64,000 bases of DNA. Origin: a virus. This document shows, one piece after another, positions 35,085 to 45,154 of the stretch (positions are counted from its first letter, which is position 1; every line of letters starts with the position of its first letter). The DNA is taken from the IMG/VR virus record IMGVR_UViG_3300031227_000013; one strand, 5' to 3'. The notes under the pieces are model-generated. The model saw only the letters and a program-made list of their open reading frames with translations. It was not told where the DNA came from and did not search any database. A program made the translations under genes and the position numbers.

Positions 35085-36500
35085 TTACAATTTATCATCA
35101 TATATCACTTTCCACCCTGCCTTTTGATAATGCTTTATACGGCTTTCACTACTTCTTTCCAATGTTTCGTTAAAAGTATCCTTAAAGTCAATAAGAATTC
35201 CTTTTTCCTTGTTTTTGTCCAGTCTGCTTAAACGTCCCGGTATCTGAATGTTAGGAATAGCTCCAGACAGCCCATCTCCCCTCACAAGTGCTCTTAAATG
35301 AACAAAATTTACCCCCTCACGGAACACACTTGTTGAAATCACTTTAGTCAATTCCGCCGTCTCAAACTTATTCTGACACTCCATCATCTCTCTGTCTGAC
35401 ATACGTTTATCGGAAGTCAGCCCTCTTTTGACGAATCCCGCATATCTCTTCTCAGAGCAATTGGAATATACAACTGTGTAGTCAGGGAGTTCCTTCTTCA
35501 GATTCATAGCATGCTCAAGTGTCTCTACCATTATCAACACCTGCTCGTCGGGACCGTACTTATTAACTATCTCGGCAATCTTTTTATTACGATTGACGTT
35601 CTTCCACAGCCCCCACCTTTTTATAGCTATTCTGCCTGACGTGTCCAGAGTGTCTCCACGCATTGTATACATATGTACTTCTATAGGTACTACAGAACCT
35701 GCGTCAACAGCTTCCATATATGTATAATCAAAGCGTACCGGTCCGAACATAGATTCAAGTGCCATATCCGCTCCATCACATCTGCCTTCAGGGGAGGCGC
35801 TGAAACCAAACTTCCTGGCTCTGGAAAACTTAGCCAGCGCTCCTGAAGTTGTAACAGCCCCGACACCGTGGCATTCATCGAACATCAATAGATCAGTCTT
35901 CTCATAGTCTGTCTTCAGAAGAGACTTTACTGTCGATACAACTATCCTCCAGTCAGAACCTGTGTTCTTCCACGAAGATATTATACCCACGTTTTCCTTA
36001 AGCACAATATCAGATATCAAACGTTCATACAGAGATTTAACTACCGACTTACGTGGAGTACATATTACTATCTTCAGATAGGGATACATCTTACAGATCT
36101 GTTGTATCAGATAGGATTTACCAAACGATGTCGGAGCCTCTATGACTCCATTGTAGTTCTCAGCTATTCTGACAAGCGCCACATCCTGCCCATCCCTCAG
36201 TTCAAGAACATCCACCTTCGAGAAGTCAGGGACCGGGAGTGTACTCCATACTCTATAATCTTTAAATGTATATACAATATTACGCTTATTCAGATAGTTC
36301 CTGACTCTGTCCAGAAGACCCTCAGGAATATATCCTACCTGTTCGCCATCCACCTCGTGCGTGTAATACATTGTTTCCTTACGCATCTTAGGCTTGCCTC
36401 CGGAAGGGCTGAACTCCCTGCGCCAGAAAAAGAGCTCCCCCTCCAGCTCAGGCATCCAGGGTCTTATCATCAGAAGGTTTCCAGATAGACTCAGTTCCAT
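35085..36500 (-). CDS. Superfamily 2 helicase (UvsW/XPB-like)
   Basis: APTSFGKS, FDECH, FSASP, SVFREGVN, QIPGRLSR. Confidence 0.9.
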   Translation of the reverse strand: MELSLSGNLLMIRPWMPELEGELFFWRREFSPSGGKPKMRKETMYYTHEVDGEQVGYIPEGLLDRVRNYLNKRNIVYTFKDYRVWSTLPVPDFSKVDVLELRDGQDVALVRIAENYNGVIEAPTSFGKSYLIQQICKMYPYLKIVICTPRKSVVKSLYERLISDIVLKENVGIISSWKNTGSDWRIVVSTVKSLLKTDYEKTDLLMFDECHGVGAVTTSGALAKFSRARKFGFSASPEGRCDGADMALESMFGPVRFDYTYMEAVDAGSVVPIEVHMYTMRGDTLDTSGRIAIKRWGLWKNVNRNKKIAEIVNKYGPDEQVLIMVETLEHAMNLKKELPDYTVVYSNCSEKRYAGFVKRGLTSDKRMSDREMMECQNKFETAELTKVISTSVFREGVNFVHLRALVRGDGLSGAIPNIQIPGRLSRLDKNKEKGILIDFKDTFNETLERSSESRIKHYQKAGWKVIYDDKL

Positions 36501-36517
36501 TTTACTACTCCTTTGTT

Positions 36518-38536
36518 TTAAACTTCAATTACATAGTCTGCAATATTTGTTATCTTCTCTTCGTGCGTTGCCACTATCATCTGAATATCCTTTATCTTCA
36601 AGTACTCCTTGACAAGACTGAATGTCTCAGCCAGATAGTCCTTAGAGTCAGAATCCATATGATTAGTAGGTTCGTCAAATATTATCATGTTTATCTTAGA
36701 AGCAAGCATTTCTGATATAGCTAAACGAAAAGCGATAGTTAATAACATCCGCTGTCCACCTGATAAGTCCGAAATACTAACTTCGGGATTATCCGGGAAC
36801 GAGCAGACGACAGCGAGATCTTCATTGATACTAATACAGAAAGGTTGTTTAAAGACATTAAGATATTTACCGACCAATCCGGTCAGTATACCTCTATATG
36901 CCGATATCATCTTTCTGGGAAAGTTATCAACGTGCAATACTTCACGCACATTTCTGAGAAAGCCACGATATTCTTCGCACAGCCCTCTCAATTGTATATA
37001 ACCTTCCTTCTCTATTAGCTGCTTATTAAGCATCTCAATTTCTTTCTCTTTACCTGCCAGCTCACTTGCTGCTGACATTATAAGAGAATCTCTAAGTTCT
37101 TCATAATCTTTAATGAATTTTATATCGGAGGCACTTATTTCAGTGTGTCCTTTATCTATAAGTTCTTTCAGATTACGTTGATCTATTTCTATCATCATTT
37201 TTAATTGGTGTATTTCTTCAACCAATTGTTTTCTAAGCTCTTCTGTATTGGAGAATGCTTCCGCTTCTCCTACTTTTTCCAGATATTCCTTCTCATTGAA
37301 ATTTTCTACCATGGTAGATAATTCAACAAATATTTTTTCTTCTCTTGTACTCTGCTCCGTTAAGGAGTCATACATCTGTCTATTCTTTAGATAAGTTTCC
37401 ATCTCACCGGAAGCTTCCTGTTTAGCTCTTTTCAAATGAGAGACAAACCTCTCAGAAGTTTCCATCTCACCACATAATACAGCCAGTTCCCCATCTGGAA
37501 GACTTGCTTCCTGATCGCATGTAGAACAGACACCTCTTGAAAACGCTTCGTATTTCTGTTTGTAATGTATAGCGTTCTTAACAGCTTCCTCCAGCCCTTC
37601 TTCGGAAAAAGCATCCGGCTTTTCAATGAAACCTACCTTTACTAATTCTTCCTGTATACCGAGAAGTCTTCTACCGGCATCCATAGCCTTCGTATACGTG
37701 CTGTACACAGCCCTCTCGGCTTCTGTTACGATTACCGTATCTCCACACCCCTTTAGATCGAGCGCCTTCTGCTGATGCTTAGAAGCCAGTCCTTGGATAT
37801 CAGCTTCTATACCTTCTACAGCATCTTCCCATTCCTTCTTTGTATAGGATACAGATACCTGTGTAAGATTCTCGTATCTCTCTTTGAACTGAGCGAGTTG
37901 ATCTCTGTGTCCAAGTAAGGTACCTCTGAGAAGATTCGCCTCCAGTTTAAACAAAGCTATGTTTTCCCCGATAGACTGTACTTCTTCTGAGAAATCCTGA
38001 TACGTATCTACCTGTCCGCTTAAAGACTGCAGTAACTCTCTGATCTTCTCGAAACGAAGATACCCGAACAGTCTGCTGTATTCCTTAAGACGTTCCATGT
38101 TGTTACCGAAAATAAGTTTCGTAGTCCCTGTCTGAGACATGAAACTGGATAACGTCAATAGTCCTGCATCCGCCTGTAACAGCTCTGATATCTTTTTATT
38201 GATATCCGTAGCTTTATTAGCAGATAATTTAGTATCGTCTATTTTCCAGGACATAGAAGCAGAAGCATTATGCATGTTACGCTTAACAGTATATTCAACT
38301 GTGTCCACTTCGAATAGTAATTCGATAAATCCTTTTTCAGTACCCCACTTAAGCATGCCTGAACGTGTCTTCTTTTCTGTGAGGCTTTCTCCGGTAAGCG
38401 AATAGAATATTGCGTTCAGCAGATTCGATTTACCAGCCCCGTTACAGCCCGTTAATACTGCCAGACCCTTTTCGAAAGTAATCTCTCTATCGGAGTATTG
38501 GCAGTAATTAAACAGGCGCAGCTTTTTTAATTTCAT
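36518..38536 (-). CDS. sbcC: SbcC/Rad50-like ATPase
   Basis: GCNGAGKS, coiled coil with CSTC zinc hook, LSGGQ, FDEPT, ATH. Confidence 0.92.
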   Translation of the reverse strand: MKLKKLRLFNYCQYSDREITFEKGLAVLTGCNGAGKSNLLNAIFYSLTGESLTEKKTRSGMLKWGTEKGFIELLFEVDTVEYTVKRNMHNASASMSWKIDDTKLSANKATDINKKISELLQADAGLLTLSSFMSQTGTTKLIFGNNMERLKEYSRLFGYLRFEKIRELLQSLSGQVDTYQDFSEEVQSIGENIALFKLEANLLRGTLLGHRDQLAQFKERYENLTQVSVSYTKKEWEDAVEGIEADIQGLASKHQQKALDLKGCGDTVIVTEAERAVYSTYTKAMDAGRRLLGIQEELVKVGFIEKPDAFSEEGLEEAVKNAIHYKQKYEAFSRGVCSTCDQEASLPDGELAVLCGEMETSERFVSHLKRAKQEASGEMETYLKNRQMYDSLTEQSTREEKIFVELSTMVENFNEKEYLEKVGEAEAFSNTEELRKQLVEEIHQLKMMIEIDQRNLKELIDKGHTEISASDIKFIKDYEELRDSLIMSAASELAGKEKEIEMLNKQLIEKEGYIQLRGLCEEYRGFLRNVREVLHVDNFPRKMISAYRGILTGLVGKYLNVFKQPFCISINEDLAVVCSFPDNPEVSISDLSGGQRMLLTIAFRLAISEMLASKINMIIFDEPTNHMDSDSKDYLAETFSLVKEYLKIKDIQMIVATHEEKITNIADYVIEV
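37305..37318. repeat. 14-bp palindrome TCTACCATGGTAGA, copy 3 (inside sbcC)
   Basis: Exact match. Confidence 0.9.
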
Positions 38537-39602
38537 CTTGTATTCTTTCCAAACGTTCTATAAACGCTTTATTTATATTCTCCAGAATAACCTGATAATT
38601 TCCATCGGTTAATCCCAGAATCGTTTTATACTCCAGACTGTGTTCATCGATACATTGTTTAAGAATATCTTCCGTAGATGCAGCTATACTTACTTCCACC
38701 TCTGAAACATCGGGAACCTCTGCAGTCACAGCTTCTATAAACAAGTGGCATCTGGATTTAAACTTGGAGAGTTTTCTGATAAGCTCGATAAGTTCCGAAG
38801 CATATCTTATCCTGACCAGAGGCCATTCGTCCGGAGATTTATCCTCCAGATATTTAAGACTTTCCAGATATTCCAATACCCCCTGTATATCTTCTTCCTT
38901 TTCGATAACCAGCTTTTTAATAGGTCTGGATACCGGAGTACTGATATGCATGAAAGCAGTGCCGTCGTATTGTATGTACGTTCCGGGAGGCTCTGCTATA
39001 TTACAGGGGTGTGTGGCTCCGGGAGACACAATAGATACACCGGCGCTGTTATCCCGCTTGTCGGGAACATGAATGTGTCCTGATACTACCGCTTCCAGAA
39101 CAGACCCGGGTACATCCTCTATACTTAAAGAGAATGTGTCGAAGGGACTTAAATGTCTGAAAGCCTGATGTATTACCAATATATCGCACTCAATTTCACC
39201 GTCAATACGGTTCAGCTCGTCAATGATCTTTGTGCCCGGAGTGTAGTCCAGCCCGCACACCTTTCGTCCTTCTATATCGTATACCTTCTCTGTTAAGTCC
39301 AGAGCTCCGCAGATATGCATCCAGGACAGCCCGCAACATAAATCGTGATTCCCCTGTACCGCATATACTGGAATACCTTTTTCTCTGAAACAATTGATAA
39401 CATCCGTCATATGCTGTACATCTTCCGGAGACGGTTTCGGTGTATTGAAATTATCTCCACAGAATATAACAGATCCGGGCTGGTCTTTAGATAAAATATC
39501 AGCCGTTATACTATCCAGTGCCCTGTATGAATCTCCCTTTATAAGCGGACGATGTACATACATTCCTCCGGATAGATGTGCATCCGAGATAAACCATATC
39601 AT
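38508..39602 (-). CDS. sbcD: SbcD/Mre11-like nuclease
   Basis: SDAH, GDNF, GNHD, IHQ, GHIH. Confidence 0.92.
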   Translation of the reverse strand: MIWFISDAHLSGGMYVHRPLIKGDSYRALDSITADILSKDQPGSVIFCGDNFNTPKPSPEDVQHMTDVINCFREKGIPVYAVQGNHDLCCGLSWMHICGALDLTEKVYDIEGRKVCGLDYTPGTKIIDELNRIDGEIECDILVIHQAFRHLSPFDTFSLSIEDVPGSVLEAVVSGHIHVPDKRDNSAGVSIVSPGATHPCNIAEPPGTYIQYDGTAFMHISTPVSRPIKKLVIEKEEDIQGVLEYLESLKYLEDKSPDEWPLVRIRYASELIELIRKLSKFKSRCHLFIEAVTAEVPDVSEVEVSIAASTEDILKQCIDEHSLEYKTILGLTDGNYQVILENINKAFIERLERIQDEIKKAAPV

Positions 39603-40504
39603 GAGTTAATAACCTCTATTGGAATATTGTTTGAAATAGCATACCGTATAGCACCCGGTCCGAAAACAATAGAAGCCAGTTCGTCACCTCTTACAATACT
39701 TCTGTTTCCTGTAAGTTCTTCGTTACGGTATAAATAATTGTTATACTGATAACCTGTAGAACGATAAAATGTATAGTGGCCTGAACTTAGTTTAATAACA
39801 TTCTCTGTATTTGATATATATAGACCCCTGTCTAAGGAAGTTCTTAATTTTAACAGATACTTCACAGGTACCCCACATAAAGGACATGTTATCTTAAATC
39901 CGACTAAATCCCCCGGATTGCTTCTAATCAGACACTGTATATTTGAACTGGCAATATTTCTAATATAAGAGTGTTGTCCTCGAGCACAGTCGTGTAATAT
40001 AGTATTATAAAACCCCCGATTATTCATTATAAATTCAGTCCATTTTTCCCAGGTAAAATTAATCTCGCCTGTATTAGATACCAGATAAGGATAATGGGCT
40101 GTTAAATCGTATGTAACTCTAGCCCTGTACTTTTCTCTGGGTTTATGATTGTATCTAATATATAAAGGTCTTAAAGGAGGAATTCTTACACTATTAAGAC
40201 AATCCCAGGATTTATACTGTGTATGATTACCTCTAGCTAAATATACGTTAAACATCTCTAATCCGTTAAACACAGTTTGTACCGCTCTTTGAGTACGCTG
40301 TCTATCATTTGCTTCTACACTTGTATATATATGTGCTCTGTCTAAAATTATCCTATGAGAATTATCTAACTGTGTATTACTCAGCTTATTGTCATGATGA
40401 AACTTTGATAAATAATACAGATCACCCTTCTTTGTATCACTGTCTGCTTCTAACATATATTCATTACTTTTTATTTTTCTAACTCTTCGCTCAATACTTG
40501 TCAT
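39599..40504 (-). CDS. Hypothetical protein
   Basis: 301-aa ORF, CPLC. Confidence 0.65.
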   Translation of the reverse strand: MTSIERRVRKIKSNEYMLEADSDTKKGDLYYLSKFHHDNKLSNTQLDNSHRIILDRAHIYTSVEANDRQRTQRAVQTVFNGLEMFNVYLARGNHTQYKSWDCLNSVRIPPLRPLYIRYNHKPREKYRARVTYDLTAHYPYLVSNTGEINFTWEKWTEFIMNNRGFYNTILHDCARGQHSYIRNIASSNIQCLIRSNPGDLVGFKITCPLCGVPVKYLLKLRTSLDRGLYISNTENVIKLSSGHYTFYRSTGYQYNNYLYRNEELTGNRSIVRGDELASIVFGPGAIRYAISNNIPIEVINS

Positions 40505-40529
40505 ATTACTTCCTCTCTTTTTTTGTTAA

Positions 40530-40925
40530 GTTTATATATAGTATATATATAAAGGGCTGTGCTTTTTAACTTCTCCCCCCTGCTGATATGAGAGAATCGA
40601 AGCGCCCCAAGCGCGGAGATTCTCGACAATATCATGTCTATATATATTACATATATAGCCGTATTTTTAATACTACAGTTTAGAATACCCTTATGAGTAT
40701 TTGGGGACGTAGTCCCCCAAATACGAATATTTCTTTTTTGCTACTTTTTTCTTTTGAAATAATACATCTTGTAAAATACTATTATTATCCCTGTTGTTAA
40801 AAAAGATATATTAATAAACTACACAATCTCTCATACAGCCCTTCTAAGCACCCTCTGAGAAGACTTAACACAGTTCCTGATAACAGTATAGGGTCTGTCC
40901 ATTAAATAGCTTAGAAGGGCTGTTA
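40530..40925. other. Non-coding AT-rich region with three inverted repeats (candidate replication origin or regulatory hub)
   Basis: TATATA runs; hairpins at about 40584-40634 and 40697-40724; 15-bp IR ACAGCCCTTCTAAGC at 40835-40849 / 40909-40923. Confidence 0.45.
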
Positions 40926-40939
40926 CGGCCATGTCTGTT

Positions 40940-41212
40940 TTAGTTCTTTTTTCCGAATATTTTAACAAACTTATTAAGATATACTCTCGCTAAGTCAAAA
41001 AACTTTATTACACCTACCACTACAGCTCCCACCCATATAATAGGTCCTGATATAAATATTCCCATTACATATTCATATCTTGCTTCCCACTTATCAATGT
41101 AATTAGCAAAAAAAGACAATCCTAGAAAAGACCATAGAAGGCCTAATATTAATAATAGTTCAAACATAATAGTTTCCTTTTTGGTTTTTATTGGAAAGAA
41201 AAAACGAACCAC
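40940..41212 (-). CDS. Small membrane protein
   Basis: Two hydrophobic helices. Confidence 0.65.
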   Translation of the reverse strand: MVRFFFPIKTKKETIMFELLLILGLLWSFLGLSFFANYIDKWEARYEYVMGIFISGPIIWVGAVVVGVIKFFDLARVYLNKFVKIFGKKN

Positions 41213-41778
41213 CGGCAGGTATTATTAGAAACAATACCGATCAGCCTGGAGAGAGGGAGAAATTGACTGATATACCGGTGATTCGCAAAATGTACTACTG
41301 ATTGATGACAATACTTATGTTAACTTCTTTATGCATTGTCTGTTTACGGGCTTCGGGTTTTTCGAGATCAGCTGTTTTATCCTCTGTAGGTACAGGTGTA
41401 CCCCCTTGGAATTGTTTTATCAGCTCACACAGCTTTGAAAATGAGTTTTCGTTACTCATCGTCTGTAGAAACAGTAAGTCCACGTTGATCCGCAGCCCGT
41501 GGCAGGATCTCGTCTAACTGTTCTGTGTAAGGTCTCTTTGTGGATTTCAATTCTTCCAGGTTATACCTGTCCGTTTCAGAAGGATAGGCGAAATCCAGCC
41601 CTTCCCTTCTCATTGCTTGTCTACTGTTGGTACTCATTGTTACTCCGATTGGTTACAAGTTAATATACCGCATCTTTCCGCGGATTGCTTGCCATAGTGT
41701 CCAATCATAAAGTAAAATTCATTCTAAAATTTCATTAAATCTAAAAAGTTTAGCAGATAAACCTCTGCCAGGTAGTTT

Positions 41779-41809
41779 ATTATGCCAAAAAAACAGCTTT
41801 TTTTTAGCA
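41779..41809 (-). promoter_or_regulatory. Recurrent promoter-like motif, copy 5 (divergent from terminase)
   Basis: TGCTAA-N19-CATAAT with T7GG. Confidence 0.65.
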
Positions 41810-41840
41810 TGCGCTTGTATTTCCCGGAAGGGCTGATATA

Positions 41841-44800
41841 TTGTTTCACATGTCAGAATTATCCACACAATTTAAACAAACTTTACAGGGATATCATAGC
41901 GGAGCATACAATTCCTACCTCCCAATGCTTCCATATCTGCAGTTAGACGGTAAGCCTATGACTCTTAATCTGCATTATCCACTGGAACCCTTCTTTAAAC
42001 TTACAATGCCTCGTAGGGTAGTGTTTATGGTGGCCCGGCAGTTGGGAAAAAGTATATCGCTTGCTTCCAGAGGTCTTTTAGACAGTGCAATGATACCTAA
42101 TTTCCATACTTTATACATTCAGCCCCGTTATGATCAGATAAAAAGGTTCTCCACTAACTATGTAGGGCCTATTATCAAGGAAAGTTACCTCGGTAGGGTG
42201 TTCGAAGACCCAACCAGAGAGCAATCTATCCTGCAGAAGAGCTTTAGAAACGGTTCTAACATGTATTTCTCGTATGCTTTCCTAGATTGTGAGCGTTGTC
42301 GTGGATTTGCGGCAGCTAAATGTTTAGCGAAAGGTACTTTGATACAGGGGACTCCTATAGAAGATTTAAAAATAGGGAGAATCCTTGAATCGGTCACTAA
42401 TGAAGGATATATTATACATAATAAAGTCCAGAGAGTTGAAAAAACAGGGGTAAGACCTTGTTTTCGTATAACTTTAAATACTGGACATACTTTAACATGT
42501 ACAATAGATCATAAATTATTCAGCGATGTAGGTTGGATAACTATAGAGGAAATGGTGACTCATGCTTTCAGAAAAACAAAGACAGATGTTGTTGGGAACT
42601 CTTCTAGGGGACGGACATTTACAAATAGGAAGTTTAAAGAAGAAAACTTGCCGTTATCAATCAGCGCACGGATGGATTCAACACGACTACAATACCCAGA
42701 AATACATAATAATGAAAAATTATTTAACTCCGAGACAATTGGGGCTGGGAGAACCACAGAAAGTCGAGAACAGGGGGTTCGGGGAATGGTCCAGTCGATG
42801 GGGCACGACAACCAATACGGATTTGTTCTTTTTACACGAACTGATACACCTCCCTGGAAAGAAAAAGAAGACGATATCTCAGGAATGGTTAGACTTGATA
42901 ACTCCCGAAGGGCTGATGTGGTGGATATGCGACGACGGGAGTTTGCGAACAAAAGATCGACGATCTATACAGATACATACCGAGGGATTTCAAAAAGAAG
43001 AGGTAGAGCTCCTTTCAAAATGGCTCTATCAAAAATTCGATATAGAAAACAATGTTGTTCCTATAAAATCAAGAAGAAATATAGGGAAATATTATTATAT
43101 TCTATGTTTATCTGTTCTAGGAACCAGAACCTGCGTGGATTTAATTCGGGAATTTACTCCGAAATGTATGAATTACAAGATAGATTATCGAAAACTACTC
43201 TGCGTAGAATGTGGGACAGAGATACAGAGCAACAACAAGACATGTTCCGAAAAATGTTTTACCGACCATCATATAAAAAGGACGGCTATTTATACTCAGA
43301 AAAACCAGAAGAGAATAAACAAAAGAAAGAGGGAATATTATGCCTCTCATCCGGAAATGAAAGAAAAGAAGAGACAATATATACAGGAGTATTTAAAGGA
43401 TCCTCAGAAAAGAGATCTCCACAATGCTACTCGAAGGAAATGGAGACATTCAAAAAAGGGAGACCCTGTATACGAACAAAAACTAAAAGAGGAACGGAAA
43501 TTTTATTATCAAAGATTGAAAGAAGATCCAGAAAAATACAACAAAAGAATAGATCATCACAATGCTTGGCGTCGAGAAAAACGAGTCAAAGGGGATACCT
43601 CCGAGACGGATTATACCAGGGAATGGAGAAAACGAAACAAAGAGAAAGTAAAGATTCAAAAGCAGAATCAGTACAAGAAATTAAAGAAACGTATGGAGGA
43701 GGATCCTCAATACAGACAGGAATTTTTAGCTCGGAAGAGGGAAAATTATCACAAGGGGAAAGAATCTCTTCAAAAGGGAAAGTGATTTCTATTGAATATG
43801 TGGGTATTAAAGATGTGTATGATATTCAAATGGAAAAACAACCTAACTTCTTTAGTAACAACATCTTAACTCATAATTGTTGCTTTGACGAGATTTCTGA
43901 CATACAATACGACTTTATTAGTACAATAGGTGAGGTTTTAAGTGCCCAGACCGAATATGGATTTTATCAGTTTACCGGAACCCCTAAAACTATCGATAAT
44001 ACGCTGGGTGTTCTGTTTTCAGACAGCTCTCAGGCGGAATGGATCATCAGATGTGGGTGCGGTAAACATAATATACCTAGTCTGGACCATGATTTATTAC
44101 GGATGATAGGAAAGAAGACCTGTATCTGCGCTAATAAGAAATGCGGTAAGCCTCTGGATATAAGTACAGGAGAATATGTGCATGCGTACCCCGATAGACA
44201 GCATTCGTTCGCCGGATATCATTTATCGCAGATAACACACCCTCTGCATGCTGAATTTCCTCTTAAATGGAGTGAGATGCTTTATAAGAGGTCTACTTAT
44301 CCGGAAGCTAGATTTAATAACGAGGTATTAGGGGTCCCGTGTGATGAAAATGTTAAACCTCTGACAGTAATGCACCTTAAACAGGCTAGTAACGGGCTTA
44401 TCAATGATTACTCCAAGGCTGTTAAAGAACGTAAGAAGTACGATGCTGTAGTTATGGGAGTGGACTGGAGTGGATACGGTGCAGATAGTATATCGACAAC
44501 GACAGTAGCTGTAATAGGTATAATACCCGGAAGCGAAACGGTACACTGTATATATGCTGAGAGATTTAAAATAGGGATAAAACCAGAAGACGAAGCTAAG
44601 AAACTTATTGAATATGCTTACCAGTTCGAGATAACATATTTTGCACACGATTTTTCAGGGGCTGGAATGATAAGGGAAGCCACAATAGTCCAACGGGGAT
44701 ACCCCGTGGAGCAAATAGTACCCTTCCAAATCGTCCACGCCCCTGTTAACACTAGTATCATCAACTTCTACCAGCCCGCAAATGGTGGTAGAAGTTGTTA

Positions 44801-45143
44801 CAATATAGATAAGACCCGTTCTTTACTGGTTCTGTTCGAAATGATTAAGAAACAGCAGGTAACTCTTCCCGACTGGGAAAAGAACGACGGGAAGACTAAG
44901 GATGTATTGAGTGATCTGCTGAATATAATGCAGGAGACGAGAGAAACTCCCCGCGGTAAGGATTATACCCTTATGATTAAAGTCCCTAACAAAACAGATG
45001 ACTTTGCTTTCTCTCTTAATCTAGCCTGTTCCGCTATCTGGCATATTAGGGGCAGGTATCCGTCGCTGGTTACCAGTGTACAGGGTCCTTCCTACGAGGA
45101 TATGGCACTGGCTGACCCGCATCTAGCTAACTGGGATGTATAA
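41841..45143 (+). CDS. terL: Terminase large subunit (GpA-like) containing an intein; about 580 aa after splicing
   Basis: ARQLGKS Walker A, spliced RGFAAAK/CCFDEI Walker B, TGTPK, nuclease VMGVDWSG and DDFAFS. Confidence 0.88.
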   Translation: MFHMSELSTQFKQTLQGYHSGAYNSYLPMLPYLQLDGKPMTLNLHYPLEPFFKLTMPRRVVFMVARQLGKSISLASRGLLDSAMIPNFHTLYIQPRYDQIKRFSTNYVGPIIKESYLGRVFEDPTREQSILQKSFRNGSNMYFSYAFLDCERCRGFAAAKCLAKGTLIQGTPIEDLKIGRILESVTNEGYIIHNKVQRVEKTGVRPCFRITLNTGHTLTCTIDHKLFSDVGWITIEEMVTHAFRKTKTDVVGNSSRGRTFTNRKFKEENLPLSISARMDSTRLQYPEIHNNEKLFNSETIGAGRTTESREQGVRGMVQSMGHDNQYGFVLFTRTDTPPWKEKEDDISGMVRLDNSRRADVVDMRRREFANKRSTIYTDTYRGISKRRGRAPFKMALSKIRYRKQCCSYKIKKKYREILLYSMFICSRNQNLRGFNSGIYSEMYELQDRLSKTTLRRMWDRDTEQQQDMFRKMFYRPSYKKDGYLYSEKPEENKQKKEGILCLSSGNERKEETIYTGVFKGSSEKRSPQCYSKEMETFKKGRPCIRTKTKRGTEILLSKIERRSRKIQQKNRSSQCLASRKTSQRGYLRDGLYQGMEKTKQRESKDSKAESVQEIKETYGGGSSIQTGIFSSEEGKLSQGERISSKGKVISIEYVGIKDVYDIQMEKQPNFFSNNILTHNCCFDEISDIQYDFISTIGEVLSAQTEYGFYQFTGTPKTIDNTLGVLFSDSSQAEWIIRCGCGKHNIPSLDHDLLRMIGKKTCICANKKCGKPLDISTGEYVHAYPDRQHSFAGYHLSQITHPLHAEFPLKWSEMLYKRSTYPEARFNNEVLGVPCDENVKPLTVMHLKQASNGLINDYSKAVKERKKYDAVVMGVDWSGYGADSISTTTVAVIGIIPGSETVHCIYAERFKIGIKPEDEAKKLIEYAYQFEITYFAHDFSGAGMIREATIVQRGYPVEQIVPFQIVHAPVNTSIINFYQPANGGRSCYNIDKTRSLLVLFEMIKKQQVTLPDWEKNDGKTKDVLSDLLNIMQETRETPRGKDYTLMIKVPNKTDDFAFSLNLACSAIWHIRGRYPSLVTSVQGPSYEDMALADPHLANWDV
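42321..43877 (+). mobile_element. Intein (519 aa) inserted just before terminase Walker B
   Basis: Block A CLAKGT, block B LTCTIDHKLF, block F VISIEYVGIKDVYDIQM, block G NFFSNNILTHN followed by +1 Cys. Confidence 0.92.
42562..43785 (+). CDS. LAGLIDADG homing endonuclease with Zn ribbon and basic helical tail, in the +1 frame inside the intein
   Basis: LLGTLLGDGHL and GLMWWICDDGS motifs, IHTEGF; CVEC...CSEKC; K/R/E/Y-rich repeats. Confidence 0.9.
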   Translation: MLSEKQRQMLLGTLLGDGHLQIGSLKKKTCRYQSAHGWIQHDYNTQKYIIMKNYLTPRQLGLGEPQKVENRGFGEWSSRWGTTTNTDLFFLHELIHLPGKKKKTISQEWLDLITPEGLMWWICDDGSLRTKDRRSIQIHTEGFQKEEVELLSKWLYQKFDIENNVVPIKSRRNIGKYYYILCLSVLGTRTCVDLIREFTPKCMNYKIDYRKLLCVECGTEIQSNNKTCSEKCFTDHHIKRTAIYTQKNQKRINKRKREYYASHPEMKEKKRQYIQEYLKDPQKRDLHNATRRKWRHSKKGDPVYEQKLKEERKFYYQRLKEDPEKYNKRIDHHNAWRREKRVKGDTSETDYTREWRKRNKEKVKIQKQNQYKKLKKRMEEDPQYRQEFLARKRENYHKGKESLQKGK

Positions 45144-45154
45144 AGGAAAATAAT

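Noticed and set aside
41660-41700. c-di-GMP-I riboswitch resemblance (GGCAA...GAAA)
   Set aside because: The downstream GGGACGCAAAG consensus and P2 receptor are absent
42562-43785. Group I/II intron carrying the LAGLIDADG ORF inside terL
   Set aside because: Flanks are clear protein-splicing blocks A/B and F/G in the terminase frame, and no ribozyme core pairings were found
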